From Octopus bimaculoides (lineage: Eukaryota): a DNA stretch of 64,000 nt. Position 1 is the stretch's first letter. Every line of letters begins with the position of its first letter. This document shows, piece after piece, positions 52,512-64,000 of the stretch. The translations under genes were made by a program, and so were the position numbers. The notes below the pieces were generated by a model that did not search any database, was not told the DNA's origin, and saw only the letters and a list, made by a program, of their open reading frames with translations. Location: contig NC_068988.1 of the NCBI RefSeq assembly GCF_001194135.2, forward strand, positions 72,205,256 to 72,269,255. Direction: 5' to 3'.

Positions 52512-53350
52512 TGGGTCATCCCATAAATAATGCAGTTTTTTTCAATTGCATGAACTAAAAGTCGGAGGGGGACAGGATAAACTACCTGCATCAACTTGCT
52601 GTAAAAGCAGGCAGTAATTTTACCTTGTCCTTATTCTTAATGCAAGTTTTGAAGAGTGCAGTTCGATTTTAACAGCTTTTTTTTTCAAAATTATAATAGA
52701 AGAGACAAAGGAACATATTCGGCATATTTTGCTTTATGAGATCAATAAAGGTAACAACGCAACGGAAAGTTCGAGGAATATTAATGCAGTATATGGGAAT
52801 TGGACAATAAGTGTAAGCAAGTTTCAACGGTGGTTTCAGAAATTCCGAGCCGGGAACTACAGCCTAGAAGATGATCCTCGTCCTGGAAGATCTGGAGAGC
52901 TCGAAGAAGACGTCCTGCAAACCCTGGTGGAACTAAGTCTCATCATAACTGTTTAGGATCTAGCAGAGAAGCTTGGATTTGGTCATTCAACCATTCATCG
53001 ATACCAGCGCTAGAAGAAAAATGAGTATCTTTGGTTTTAAGAAAGGTGTTCTTCCATCAGCATAATACTCGGCCACATACAGCGAGGATGACATTCCAAA
53101 GGCTGGAGCAGTTTGAATAGGAAACGATGCCCCACCCACCATATTCGCCAGATATTGCCCCATCTGATTATCACTTATTCTACAGCATTCAAAATCATTA
53201 GGATGGAAAAAATATGAATTTTGTAGACGAGGTCAGATCAGTACTGGAGGAGTATTTTCGTCAAAGACAAGTAAATGTTAGAAGCGTGGTCTTGCAAGTT
53301 TACCAGATGGACTGAAGAGCGTTGTAGAAAATGAAGGAGAGAATAGTGTA
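52511..53350 (+). pseudogene. Internally deleted mariner (Mos1/Hsmar-like) transposon
   Basis: TA-TTGGGTCATCCCATAAATAATGC left end; MLYEINKGNNATESSRNINAVYG...FQRWFQKFRAGNYSLEDDPRPGRS (HTH); HPPYSPDIAPSDYHLF; right end runs into (TAA)n. The first catalytic Asp region is deleted. Confidence 0.9.
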
Positions 53351-53351
53351 G

Positions 53352-53414
<63 letters not shown>

Positions 53415-53639
53415 TATTTAAATCAGGTAATATAATTATCATAACAACCGACATCTACTGCATCTAATCCGGATAAGCTTAGAAATAAGAATAAAAGCAT
53501 AAATAATTTGTGTAAGAATATTTTGTAGTTTAACCCCGCCCCATTCAGTATAAATGTCGCTTTTAATGTGGCTAAAAATTGTCGTTCTTAATGTGTCTAA
53601 AAATGTCGCTTCTAATGTGGTTTTACTATATAGCAAGAC

Positions 53640-54300
53640 TTAACTCTAGTAAATTAAACTGTGCATTTCATAATACTACAACAACTGACAATACATATAA
53701 TATTACAACTTCTAGACACCTAAATAATGACAATGTAATATATACTGCAAATAATCGATATACCGATCTTACTGATTCCAATAACAGTACTATTAATAAA
53801 ATGGAAACTGAACCCCTCATACCTGCTAATAACCAAAATAACTTTACTCTATGCAGCTGTCTCATTAATAACCAATGCCTTAGGAAAGATATAGTACATA
53901 TATACGTGTTCTATCACTGCTCTCGGTAAAGAACATGTTTAGATTGGTGCGTACTTTTATTCATTCATACTTCGCTAGAATAATCTCAAATTACATTTAG
54001 GCATAAAGACAAGGCTAATAGTTCATCTCTAGCTAAATTCGTACATTCTCTCACTGATGATAATATTAAATTAAAATTGCTTGGTCCATTGTGCGAAATT
54101 CACAACCGTATAAAAGTAGTGGTGGCTGGTGTGGACTATATATATCTGAGGTATTCCATATTAATAGACTTGATAAAATTAAATCGAATATTATTAATCA
54201 ACATGATGAACTGATTGTAAGATGCCAACACCTTAGATATAAATCTTTCTTACTTTTTAACTTTTTATCTGGCGGTCGTCTAGCGTTCCTGCTGGTTGAT
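53640..54300 (+). mobile_element. Penelope-like element: GIY-YIG endonuclease remnant
   Basis: NFTLCSCLINNQCLRKDIV (similar to CNC...CPLNNQCL..DVVY), FRHKDKANSSSLAKFVHSL, SQPYKSSGGWCGLYISE, LIVRCQH; frameshifted. Confidence 0.7.
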
Positions 54301-54739
54301 TTCCTTAAGAAGCTTCTGGTCTCAGTCAACTCAATGTTTATTTGTCTGTTTCTGAAGTTCTAATTGGCTAAACCCAGGGTGACGCCAGTAACTAATGTTT
54401 AGAAAGATGTACAGTTGTTTGGGTTTCGAATCTCGAGAGCAGCCCATTTCTTAAACTTTTGATTTATGCCTGTAGTTTCTAGTCGTTTTTCGTGGTTCGT
54501 GGATAAACTGCGTGTATACAAGACTTATAAATTTTTAATGTATTGTCACTCTCCGAACTTATGTATATGCATATATGTGTGTGTTTCTGCCTGTGGATTT
54601 TATCTACCTACCTACCTACCTACCTACCTATCTCTCTATCTATCTCATTCTATCTATGTGTGTGCGCGTGTGTGTATATGTAAGATATACATAATACTCA
54701 CACACATACATACATACATACATGCATGCATACATACAT

Positions 54740-54788
<49 letters not shown>

Positions 54789-55199
54789 CACACACAGTGG
54801 CAGGTGGGTGAATGATTACATTACAACTCATTTCACTCTAACAATTGTTTTTCATATAAAGTTGTATCCCTCCGTAAATCTACAACATATATCTGTTTTA
54901 ACACTTTCAGCAGACATGTCCAGAAATTCTTAATTATTACCGAGACTGTAATTTTTTATGTGTCAGGTGTGAATATTCAAACTCTTTCTAGTTTTGCGTA
55001 TGCTGGAACACGCTATGGGGGTAGAGCGTTGGAGTATGGTAGAACGCAGCAGAGAAATATTCATAGATTATTTTAGCAATACTTCACTTGTCACTTCTAA
55101 TTATGTATTTTATGAACCACAATTAGGCAGGATTGTCTCTTTCTATTTTTAGCTCTGCAATTGTTTATTGCTTCACAATATTTCATCATATTTTCTCTT

Positions 55200-55760
55200 G
55201 TTACAAGCCGTAAGGTTAACAGGAAACAAATTTCTCTTGGAGAGCTTTTGTTCTTCTGTTGTTGTTTGAAGTAGGTAGAATATATACGATATGCTACCTA
55301 ATGTTCGTAGGTACACTTCAAGATTTTAGTGGGTTATCTAATCATCTTTTTACCTGGGCAACATAATAGTGCAGTTTACCCTAATGTACTTAAACGCTCT
55401 TCATATTCCCGTTTGTTTGAAGCTTGCTAAACGTCAGATAGTTTTTCATCAAATTTGATACCTTCAATTAATTGCCATACGAGCTTTTGATTTTTTTTTT
55501 TTTTTTTTTGGTTCCCTTGCATGATTCTTTCCTCTTTTTCTCGGGCTGGTACACAGTTTCAAATCCCTCAAAATTATCATTAACAGCGCTTGGTCTCTCG
55601 TAATACGTTTCACACTTTGCTTTTTTTGTATCAACTTTAATGACTTTAAGAGATTTAGCCAGAGTACCTTGGCTGACTTTAGGTTGAAGCTTTTTGGGTG
55701 AATGAGGCAAGTATTGCAGAACTGCATATTGTAGCCACTGCTTTAGCGGAATTCTCATGT
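55200..55760 (-). mobile_element. CR1-like LINE 3' remnant
   Basis: LQYAVLQYLPH...KVSQG...ETYYERPSA (similar to LEYAVQAWSPY..KLEKVQRRATK...LSYEERL), with a poly-A insertion. Confidence 0.6.
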
Positions 55761-55884
55761 ATGTTTAAAGAAAAATGGAAACACACACATACACACACAC
55801 TAGCACGCATACGGACACGCACATACACACGCACGCATGCAGACACGCTCACACACCACCACACCACACACACACACGCATACA

Positions 55885-56065
<181 letters not shown>

Positions 56066-56079
56066 GTTTGCAGATATAA

Positions 56080-56640
56080 AAGGTTACTGAGAATAGAGTA
56101 GGATAGTAAGGAAAGAGTTACAGTGAACATAGTAGGATAGTAAGGAAAGAACTAGAGGGAAGGAAAGAACTAGAGGGAAGGAAAGAACTAGAGGGAAGAA
56201 AAGGAATAGTGAGATGGGTGGTGTGACTAATGAGGAATTAGTACAATGAAGACATCAGTTAACGAAAACCAGAGAAAGGAGAGACAAAGTATATCATAAT
56301 AGCAGGACAGTGACCGGGTGTAGACAGTGTCAGCGAAGCAATCAGCAGTAAATATCCGTAGCATGGTAAACAGATTCTACAGGAAAATAGATACAAACAG
56401 TGGAAGGGAAGGATTAGAGTATGGAGTGTTGGTAAATGAGGGAGGAGAGAGAAAGAATTTCAGTCTGCAAAAAAAGGGGAGGCTCGTTTTTACGCTAAAA
56501 ATTATGATTTACGGTAGTGAGAAAAGGTGTTTTAGAACTTATACCAGCACGTAAAATTACATCAGAGAAGCGATTTAGTAGAGACACCTCATTGTAGCGT
56601 ATTATAGTAAGCGACTCACGGCAACACTGCTCAAAAATTC
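56080..56640 (-). mobile_element. Possible Penelope-like 3' end/pseudo-LTR, containing a 19-bp tandem repeat (AAGGAAAGAACTAGAGGGA x3, about 56141-56198)
   Basis: YATMRCLY and HLFS resemble the YN..xxRCxLCL..K...ELFS end of GIY-YIG ORFs; purine-rich plus strand as in other pLTRs here. Confidence 0.35.
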
Positions 56641-58645
56641 CTCATCAGCCCCTAAGTATTATATACTTCACACGACCTCGGGTGTTGAATCTTTTCATCA
56701 GCAAAAATGTACTGTTTATTTCTCAATCACAATATAAATATTCACTCCAACGTGTTCTTGTCCCAACCAACCAACATCTTCAAGATTGGGACTTCGCAGT
56801 ATATAACACCTTAAAATTGTTCTATCCAGCTATATAGATGCAGCCCTCTAAAATAATTATATCTGTGATCCTACACTTTTAATAATCTCTATCAAACCTA
56901 CCAAACCATTTGTGTATCCAAACACATTAATCTTTCACTTTGAGATAATTTCTCATAAAATAGATAGTATTTAATAATATTAAATGTTTCTTCAAATAAC
57001 ATTACTATGCACAAGTAACGAAAAGCGTACAAGCGTGAATATTTATCCGCAGTGACCAGACACCCACTGGTTTCACTCCAAACACAATGATTAAATATAC
57101 GATCAGAGATTACATGCTGTTATGAATCAAATCATATATCAAGAAATGTTGTGTGTCTAATTTTGATGTCTCAAACAGGAGAGAAGGGACAAAAGAATGT
57201 AACAGAAAAGGAGGAATAAAAAAGAATAAAAGTGAGCGATCACAGGCGTTGATGTGTGGTAAGAAGTTTACTTTCCAAACACATAGTTCTGAATTCAGTC
57301 CCATTCCTTGCCCCACCTTAGGCAAGTGCCTTCTACTATATTTGAGACTAAAAGAAGCCAGTTGTGTGTACATATATATGCGCGCGTGAGTGTGTGAGTG
57401 TGTGGGGGTTGGGGTCGTTGTGTCTATGATGTGCCCCACCGCCGCTTGGTAACCGGTGCTGGTGTGTTCACCTTGCCGTAAATTAGCGGTTCGGCGAGAT
57501 ACCAATAGAATAAGTACCGTGCCTTTTCATGAGTTGTGTAGATGAATTGCTAGATAGTAGATATGTTGACTGGTCGCAAATTAATAAGCAAAACGAAAGA
57601 TTTGTGAAAGCATTTCAGTAAAATTTTTGATACCACTGCACATATTCAGATATATCATTTGAGTATATTTATGTTCTGAAAAATAGGCCTTAAAATAAAC
57701 ACACATACACATAGTAATATAAAATATAAACCTACGGTATTCGTGTGTAAAATACATAGCTACAATCTAGTCAACGAAATCCAGCTATCATAGAAACAAG
57801 GTTATGATATATAGAAATGGTGAATAAGGTAGATAAATGGTAGATATACATTAGCCACGATATTCACATTTGTAAGATTTCATTACAATACAAGCATTTA
57901 GAGACCTCTGCTATCATTTTCGCACAAGTTTGGTGACGCAGTAAAATATGTACCTTCTTCAACTTATCTGCTTCATTGAGAGTTACCGTTGAAAATTTAA
58001 TATCTCTTTTTTGTCTTTACTTGTCCACTTTTGTTTAAATAGAATCAACTTTTACTTATTACCTGTACATATTTTATCTGACCTGTAGAACGAAAGAACT
58101 GGAGAGATTTGCTTTCAAAATTGTGTAGTCACCTATTAATGAAAACTGTGGAAAGAATTAATATATTCGAAATGTTTGAATATATTTTCACACTAACAGA
58201 AATGCTATATTTTTTAAAAATCAAGTTAAAATTGTACAATACGTTTTAAATGGTTTAAAACCATTTACCGTTTTGTTGTCACCCAAGTTCATAGAAGAAA
58301 CTATGGTGATACGAGCGAGAAAGAGAGAATGACTGATAGCATGATTTATAATATTAATTAGGTTTTGTATAATTCAAATTTTGTCCCACGGCCATTGAAA
58401 TCAATTAAATATCTCTAGTATACTGTTGAATTTAATTGCCTATACATTAATGACACCAAAAATTAACCTTACCTCAGGCCAAATGATATAAGAAAACCTT
58501 TATTCAATATATATCTTCATGCCGGTATGTGTGTGTGTATGTGTGCTTGCTTTGTGTGTAGGTAAATATGAAGACTAATAATAGTTGTTTATAGTGGTTT
58601 CATAGGCATTAGTATTATTTTATTATTCTTATAAAGCTTTTCATA
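56640..58645 (+). repeat. Direct duplication, copy 2 (paralogous to 49410-52340)
   Basis: Same collinear blocks as copy 1; carries a SINE B insertion at about 57245-57525 that is absent from copy 1. Confidence 0.85.
57245..57525 (+). mobile_element. CORE-type SINE (family B)
   Basis: GTGTGGTAAGAAGTTTACTTTCC...TTCAGTCCCATT...CACCTTAGGCAAGTGCCTTCTACTATA...CGCTTGGTAACCGGTGCTGG...TTAGCGGTTCGG...AGAATAAGTACC. Confidence 0.85.
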
Positions 58646-58739
58646 ATGACAGCTTTTGAAATAGTTAAATATCTTTATATTAACTGCATAAAATTAGTTG
58701 AAGTATCTTATACTTAATTTCAGGTAACCTCCACTGAAA

Positions 58740-59100
58740 GTTCATAAACCTTCGAGATATGTATGCTGATTCTAGACCTAGTGGTAGCATAGATTTAAGA
58801 TCCCTCATCTACACCACTGCATTCAGAAACATCGAAAAGCAGAATACATCAAAACTTGCAAGCTACAGCTGCCAATTAACAAAAAATGATCAGACTTTGT
58901 CATCATTTAGAAGACTGACGGAAAATCCATACGTGAATACTACGAAGAGGTTCAAGCTTTAAAAAACAGAAAAGCCCATTACCCGAAAGAATTTGCGGAA
59001 AACAAGCTTGCGTCTTACTACCAAGGCGAAAATCATTATTCCCTATATTCAGGAGAAATAACTCAAACTTAGACACAAGACACTATCACCTTAGGTCCCA
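58740..59100 (+). mobile_element. Penelope-like GIY-YIG C-terminal remnant
   Basis: TTAFRNIEKQNTSKLASY...NPYVNTTKRFKL...EITQT*HK (similar to HSFRN..KRNSTSLASYIW...AYSNTSKKC.LC...SEI..CRHK). Confidence 0.6.
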
Positions 59101-59399
59101 TATTCCTCTTGTATGACCGTTGCTCTTATAGTTCCTTACATAAAATAACTGTAGGACTTCATGTTAATGTGTTTCTCCAAAATACTCCGAATTTTACGCT
59201 TTCAGATTATTCCACCCTTTCCCCAAATGTTTTCTTTCCTCTTTATTCTCTACATCTCTTACTCCATCTTCTACTTTACGCTACTCCCACACACATGTAC
59301 ATGCACTCACACACTCCACCACCACCCCTCTTTCTCACACCACGACTCTCTTGAATCTTTAATATTTAATAGTTAATACTGAATATACAGGGATGTGAG

Positions 59400-60150
59400 C
59401 GAGTGTGTGTGATATTTAATAGGTATAGATCTAGATTGATTCATTTCAGCATCATAGGCGATTAATGCCAGATAGTTAAAGTGATATGTTATTCCGTTGG
59501 TTTGACTTTAGTTCGTTGTGTTTATGTTTTCTTCTTTTAAGTATGTTTGTATTTTCGATATGATTTTGCTGTTTTAGTTAAGTATATTTTATTTATCTAT
59601 ATCTTTAAGTTGGAATATTCGTTTAAATATATTTTCTCTAATTAAGGTTTATTTTAGATAACTAGTGAGCTAGATTGGTTTATTTCCACATCCCGTTATT
59701 TAGAGACGAACTGAAGTGATACGTTATACTGCTAGCTTTGGTTCTATTTTGTGTTTTAAATAGTCAAATAAGTTGTTAGGTCGTAATATCTATTGATTCA
59801 TATTCTTTAATCAATCTATGTTTTTGCAGTTCCAAATTGACTATATACTAGGTTATCATTATTTTCTGCTTTCAGTATTAGTATCGTGTTTGCTAGTTCT
59901 TTTTAGTGTTCTGTGGTTTTCAAGTTCTATAAATCTTGGGTATCAATGTTTTCTGTTTTCTGTTTCACTTTTTAAAATCGGTGCTTCGTAGCTAGAGTGG
60001 AGATTTATGTTTGAGATTTGATGTTTGCATTGGTAACGATATTATGTAACTTCTATTATGGTCCATTAACTTTTGGAATTGTTAATGGACCATAACTATT
60101 ATTTCTCTTTTTCGATCAATGAACAACCTAACACATTCTTTTCATTCAGG
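59400..60150 (-). mobile_element. Probable Penelope-like ORF N-terminal region, decayed
   Basis: K/N/I-rich broken ORF (YLKHKIEPK..., similar to FLKxKxIPKGL of PLE N-termini) lying downstream of the hammerhead-bearing pLTR on the same strand. Confidence 0.4.
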
Positions 60151-60247
60151 TTCTTCCTTCATTTTTCGACAAACCGGACAGAACTAATATCCTCGATTGG
60201 GGATATTCGTCATTTTCATATGTTCTAACCGCTCTCTCTATCTATCT

Positions 60248-60302
<55 letters not shown>

Positions 60303-60929
60303 NNNNNNNNNNNNNNNNNNNNNNNNNNNNNNNNNNNNNNNNNNNNNNNNNNNNNNNNNNNNNNNNNNNNNNNNNNNNNNNNNNNNNNNNNNNNNNNNNN
60401 NNNNNNNNNNNNNNNNNNNNNNNNNNNNNNNNNNNNNNNNNNNNNNNNNNNNNNNNNNNNNNNNNNNNNNNNNNNNNNNNNNNNNNNNNNNNNNNNNNNN
60501 NNNNNNNNNNNNNNNNNNNNNNNNNNNNNNNNNNNNNNNNNNNNNNNNNNNNNNNNNNNNNNNNNNNNNNNNNNNNNNNNNNNNNNNNNNNNNNNNNNNN
60601 NNNNNNNNNNNNNNNNNNNNNNNNNNNNNNNNNNNNNNNNNNNNNNNNNNNNNNNNNNNNNNNNNNNNNNNNNNNNNNNNNNNNNNNNNNNNNNNNNNNN
60701 NNNNNNNNNNNNNNNNNNNNNNNNNNNNNNNNNNNNNNNNNNNNNNNNNNNNNNNNNNNNNNNNNNNNNNNNNNNNNNNNNNNNNNNNNNNNNNNNNNNN
60801 NNNNNNNNNNNNNNNNNNNNNNNNNNNNNNNNNNNNNNNNNNNNNNNNNNNNNNNNNNNNNNNNNNNNNNNNNNNNNNNNNNNNNNNNNNNNNNNNNNNN
60901 NNNNNNNNNNTATATATATATATATTAGA

Positions 60930-61460
60930 CAAGAAGAGATAACAAAGCCAAAGCTGTGAGGAGTTTACTGGACATTTATAAGGAAAGAGATATAGTCTTA
61001 CAGCTGTTTCTGGTATATTATGGATATCCCTTCATCAGAGACGATGTGTGAGAGGTAAATGTTTAACTTCGAAATAAAGAAATTATTATGGAAAAGGAGG
61101 AGATAGGGAAATTAGAGGGAATTATAAGAATGAAAGTAGAAATAACATAAAATCTTGTCGTTGCAGTTCGATTATTCGAATAAAGTGGTGCATAGAAGTG
61201 GTTAAAAAGTTTCCTGTACATGGTAAGTTCCGATAGAAGTTCGTGTTTTGTCATTTCAAAGTATGGAACCATGGATTCTGTGTTGCCCATTCGAAGGGCT
61301 TTTGTGGTGTGAATGAAATTTGTGAGTGTATTGGTAGTATTTGTGGATAGATGGGGGCGGGGAGAGGTGTATGATTAGAATGAGGAGATAGGTCAAAATG
61401 AAGAAAGGAAGGGAAAATGAGAGGAAGAAAGAGAGAAGAAAAAAAGAGAAAAGAGTAATG
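60930..61460 (-). mobile_element. Penelope-like pseudo-LTR (ORF 3' end plus UTR)
   Basis: ELLSELTMYRKLFN resembles the ...LESLYIKxxxPxLN ORF end of PLEs; pyrimidine-rich sense strand; contains the hammerhead motif. Confidence 0.6.
60995..61042 (-). ncRNA. Minimal type-I hammerhead ribozyme motif
   Basis: Minus strand: GUCU CUGAUGA AGGGAUAUCCAUAAUAUACCA GAAA CAGCUG UA AGAC. Stem I GUCU/AGAC pairs perfectly, the core is intact, stem III is palindromic, the cleavage triplet is GUA, and stem II has two mismatches. Confidence 0.75.
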
Positions 61461-62229
61461 ATAATAAAAAGAGAGAGACTAGAAGTGGAAGAGAGAAGAA
61501 AAATGAAGAAACGGCAACAGAGGTGAGAAAAGGAGTGTTAGTTGGTGGTCAACATAATGTGACGGGAGGATAAGAGAGGAGTGAGTAGTAGTTGTTTTAG
61601 GAGTAAAATTTAAAGTGGAGGGAAGAATACCAAGGATGTCAAAATTTCTATAAATAGACGTATGTGATAAGTTGGTGTGATAGGCAGGAATTAGAGAGGA
61701 GGAAAGAAGATATAATGACATACGTACGCTCGCACCCACATGTGTGCATATGTATACATACATATACACACATACATACTTATATATACGTATGTATACA
61801 CACGCACACATATATACATATACATACACGTGCATGCTCACACGCATCCATAAAGTATTCATACACACATATGCGTGCACATACATATATATGCATACGC
61901 ACATACAAGTGTGCTGGCGCACTCGTGCTCCCACAGTCACACGCACACGCGTATACAGGTACTTACGTATACTTATATACACATACACACTCATATATAT
62001 TTGTATATACATATGCACGTATATATATACATACACACACGTTCATATGTGTGTGTGTGTGTGTGTGTGTGCGTGTGTACGCGCGCGCGTGTGTGTGTAT
62101 ATACACGTACATGTACCCACATACATATACATACATACATAAAAATGCATGCACACACATTTACACACACACGTGTATCCGCTTGTATGTCCAAATATGT
62201 AGTATTAAATTACCGAGATCCTTAAAGTA

Positions 62230-62780
62230 AGATAGGGGAGTTAAAGAATTAAAGATGAAAAATTAAAATGGAGATAAGGGAAAGTTAAGTAGGGTTGTTG
62301 GGGATTACCTAAGGGATGTTGTGGATATATGCTGTGTGGTTATTTAGGTTGCATTTAGATTTGTGATAAAATTTGAAGGAATGAAAAACGCAGTGGTTGC
62401 ATGTACCTAGGGCTTCATTATATTTATTTAGTAGTGTCGAAGAGTTGTGTTTTTCATATGTAGAATGCCTCTTTTAGGCATAACTTACAGGCTAAGCGTT
62501 ATCCTTGGTATGGAAGCCCTGTATCTATTATGGACCATAACAAAATGCAGGGAATATTTCTATCTTTGAGATGATGTATGTGACTGGCGAGTGTTATGGA
62601 TTTACTGTGTTTCTCGTATCTAAAAGAATCGAGATGAGCGGCATATAGCTGTTTAAAATTTATGATTGACTCTATATGTATAACTATAGAATTGTGTAAT
62701 GTGTTGAGGATGGTGCATTTATAAATTACATTAAATCTTCTACAATGGGTTTATGGGGGGCAGATAGACCCAAGACGGCA
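62230..62780 (-). mobile_element. Penelope-like GIY-YIG endonuclease remnant
   Basis: ICPP...NVIYKCTI (first GIY-YIG motif region), then frameshifted KDRNIPCI.LWSIIDTGLPYQG, CSL, EALGTCNHCVF. Confidence 0.7.
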
Positions 62781-62799
62781 GTTACAAGTGGGTGCATTT

Positions 62800-62900
62800 T
62801 GGGGATTATTTTAGAAGACATTTGCGCAAGGTACCCCGCAGCGGGACTGAACCTGAAACCATGTGGTTGGTAAGCAAGCTACTTACCGCACAGCCACTCC
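62800..62900 (-). mobile_element. SINE family B head
   Basis: TAGAAGACATTTGCGCAAGGTACCCCGCAGCGGGACTGAACCTGAAACCATGTGGTTGGTAAGCAAGCTACTTACC. Confidence 0.85.
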
Positions 62901-63357
62901 TCAAGTTCTGGTAGAGTGTAAAGGTAAAGTATTTCCAGAGAAGCACTCAACCCGAATACTGGGCTATCAACATAGTCGGGTTCCAGACCAACGCCAGAAT
63001 TCTTCAAATGCAGAAAATCCTTGTTTCACGATGGATCACGCCATAATATGGGTTTAGCGAAGAGTAAATTATAATCCAAATAAGAAGACATCTTTAATGA
63101 TTGGTTACAATTGTTTCTGTACCAAATCTACTTGCAACACCAGTTTACGCAAAAGTTCGAAATGAAAATTTACGTAATGTTAACGGTTTTAGACATTAGG
63201 GTAGCACTTCATCAGACTTGCATCAAAGGTGTGCTGTCACATTATGCGTCTTCCAGACATAGTTTTTAGCTTATATCGGGAATAAACAAAACAAAAAGCA
63301 AATAAAAGTGTGGTTATGGAATGAGTGAATAGGGTGGAGATCATGTGGGGCGGATAA

Positions 63358-63359
<2 letters not shown>

Positions 63360-63419
<60 letters not shown>

Positions 63420-63435
63420 CAGTAGTAGTAGTAGT
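63360..63435. repeat. (AGT)n microsatellite
   Basis: About 24 AGT units. Confidence 0.95.
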
Positions 63436-64000
63436 TAAACATTAATAAATTAGGTAGCGCCATATATAGCAAATCGCTGTATCTGGACGTACGATAGCGG
63501 TCGGTCATTGCAATGATTCCGCTAGTACCGAATTTCGTTTGATGGGTGAAAATTTATTTGACCACCAAACGAAGTACACCAGCGACGACGGAAAGGAAAG
63601 AAAACTATTAAATTGATCACTTTGACAATTGCCCGCGAATCAAATAATAATAAGGATGCTCATGATGCTTGTGGTGGGGGAGTAGTGTGGTAAGTGACAG
63701 GATAACATAAATCACACCCTAGCTAACAGACCTACTCTGTGGCCTTAAAGTGTATAAGTAAGGGAAACGAGATGCAAAATGAAAAAGCGGCATTGCAAGC
63801 AGAGTTGGTACAAAAACAATTGTAACGAATCATTATAGATGTGTCAAAGAATTTCTTTGTTTTCTTATTATTTGGATTATATATACTAAATGAATAAATA
63901 TTCAAAAATATTTGTATAGATATTATTATTTATTACATACATACACACATACATACATACATACATACATACATACATACATACATACATACATACATAC

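Overview
Eukaryotic, AT-rich, repeat-dominated DNA from a gapped draft assembly (10 N-runs, mostly flanked by microsatellites). The SINE families, retroelement mix and very dense (CA)n/(TA)n/(TAGA)n/(TAA)n tracts suggest an octopus genome such as Octopus bimaculoides; this is inference and no database was searched. I found no complete host gene, rRNA, true tRNA or CRISPR array. Nearly all ORFs in the supplied track are microsatellite or gap artefacts or pieces of decayed transposons. Recognisable elements are CR1/L2-like LINEs, RTE LINEs, R4/Dong-like restriction-like-endonuclease (RLE) LINEs, several Penelope-like (GIY-YIG) fragments, Tigger/pogo, mariner and Tc1/maT DNA transposons, and two abundant tRNA-derived SINE families. 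Best second-look items: a minimal type-I hammerhead ribozyme in a Penelope pseudo-LTR (60995-61042, minus), a candidate signal-peptide exon (30380-30569, plus), a fold-back tRNA-SINE hairpin in a (TAA)n retroposon hotspot (about 20.2-20.4 kb), an RTE insertion with twin-priming-like inversion (36.9-38.3 kb) and an old direct duplication of non-coding DNA (49.4-52.3 kb vs 56.6-58.6 kb). I found no evidence for a novel multi-gene system. Element boundaries are approximate (tens of bp) unless stated as exact.
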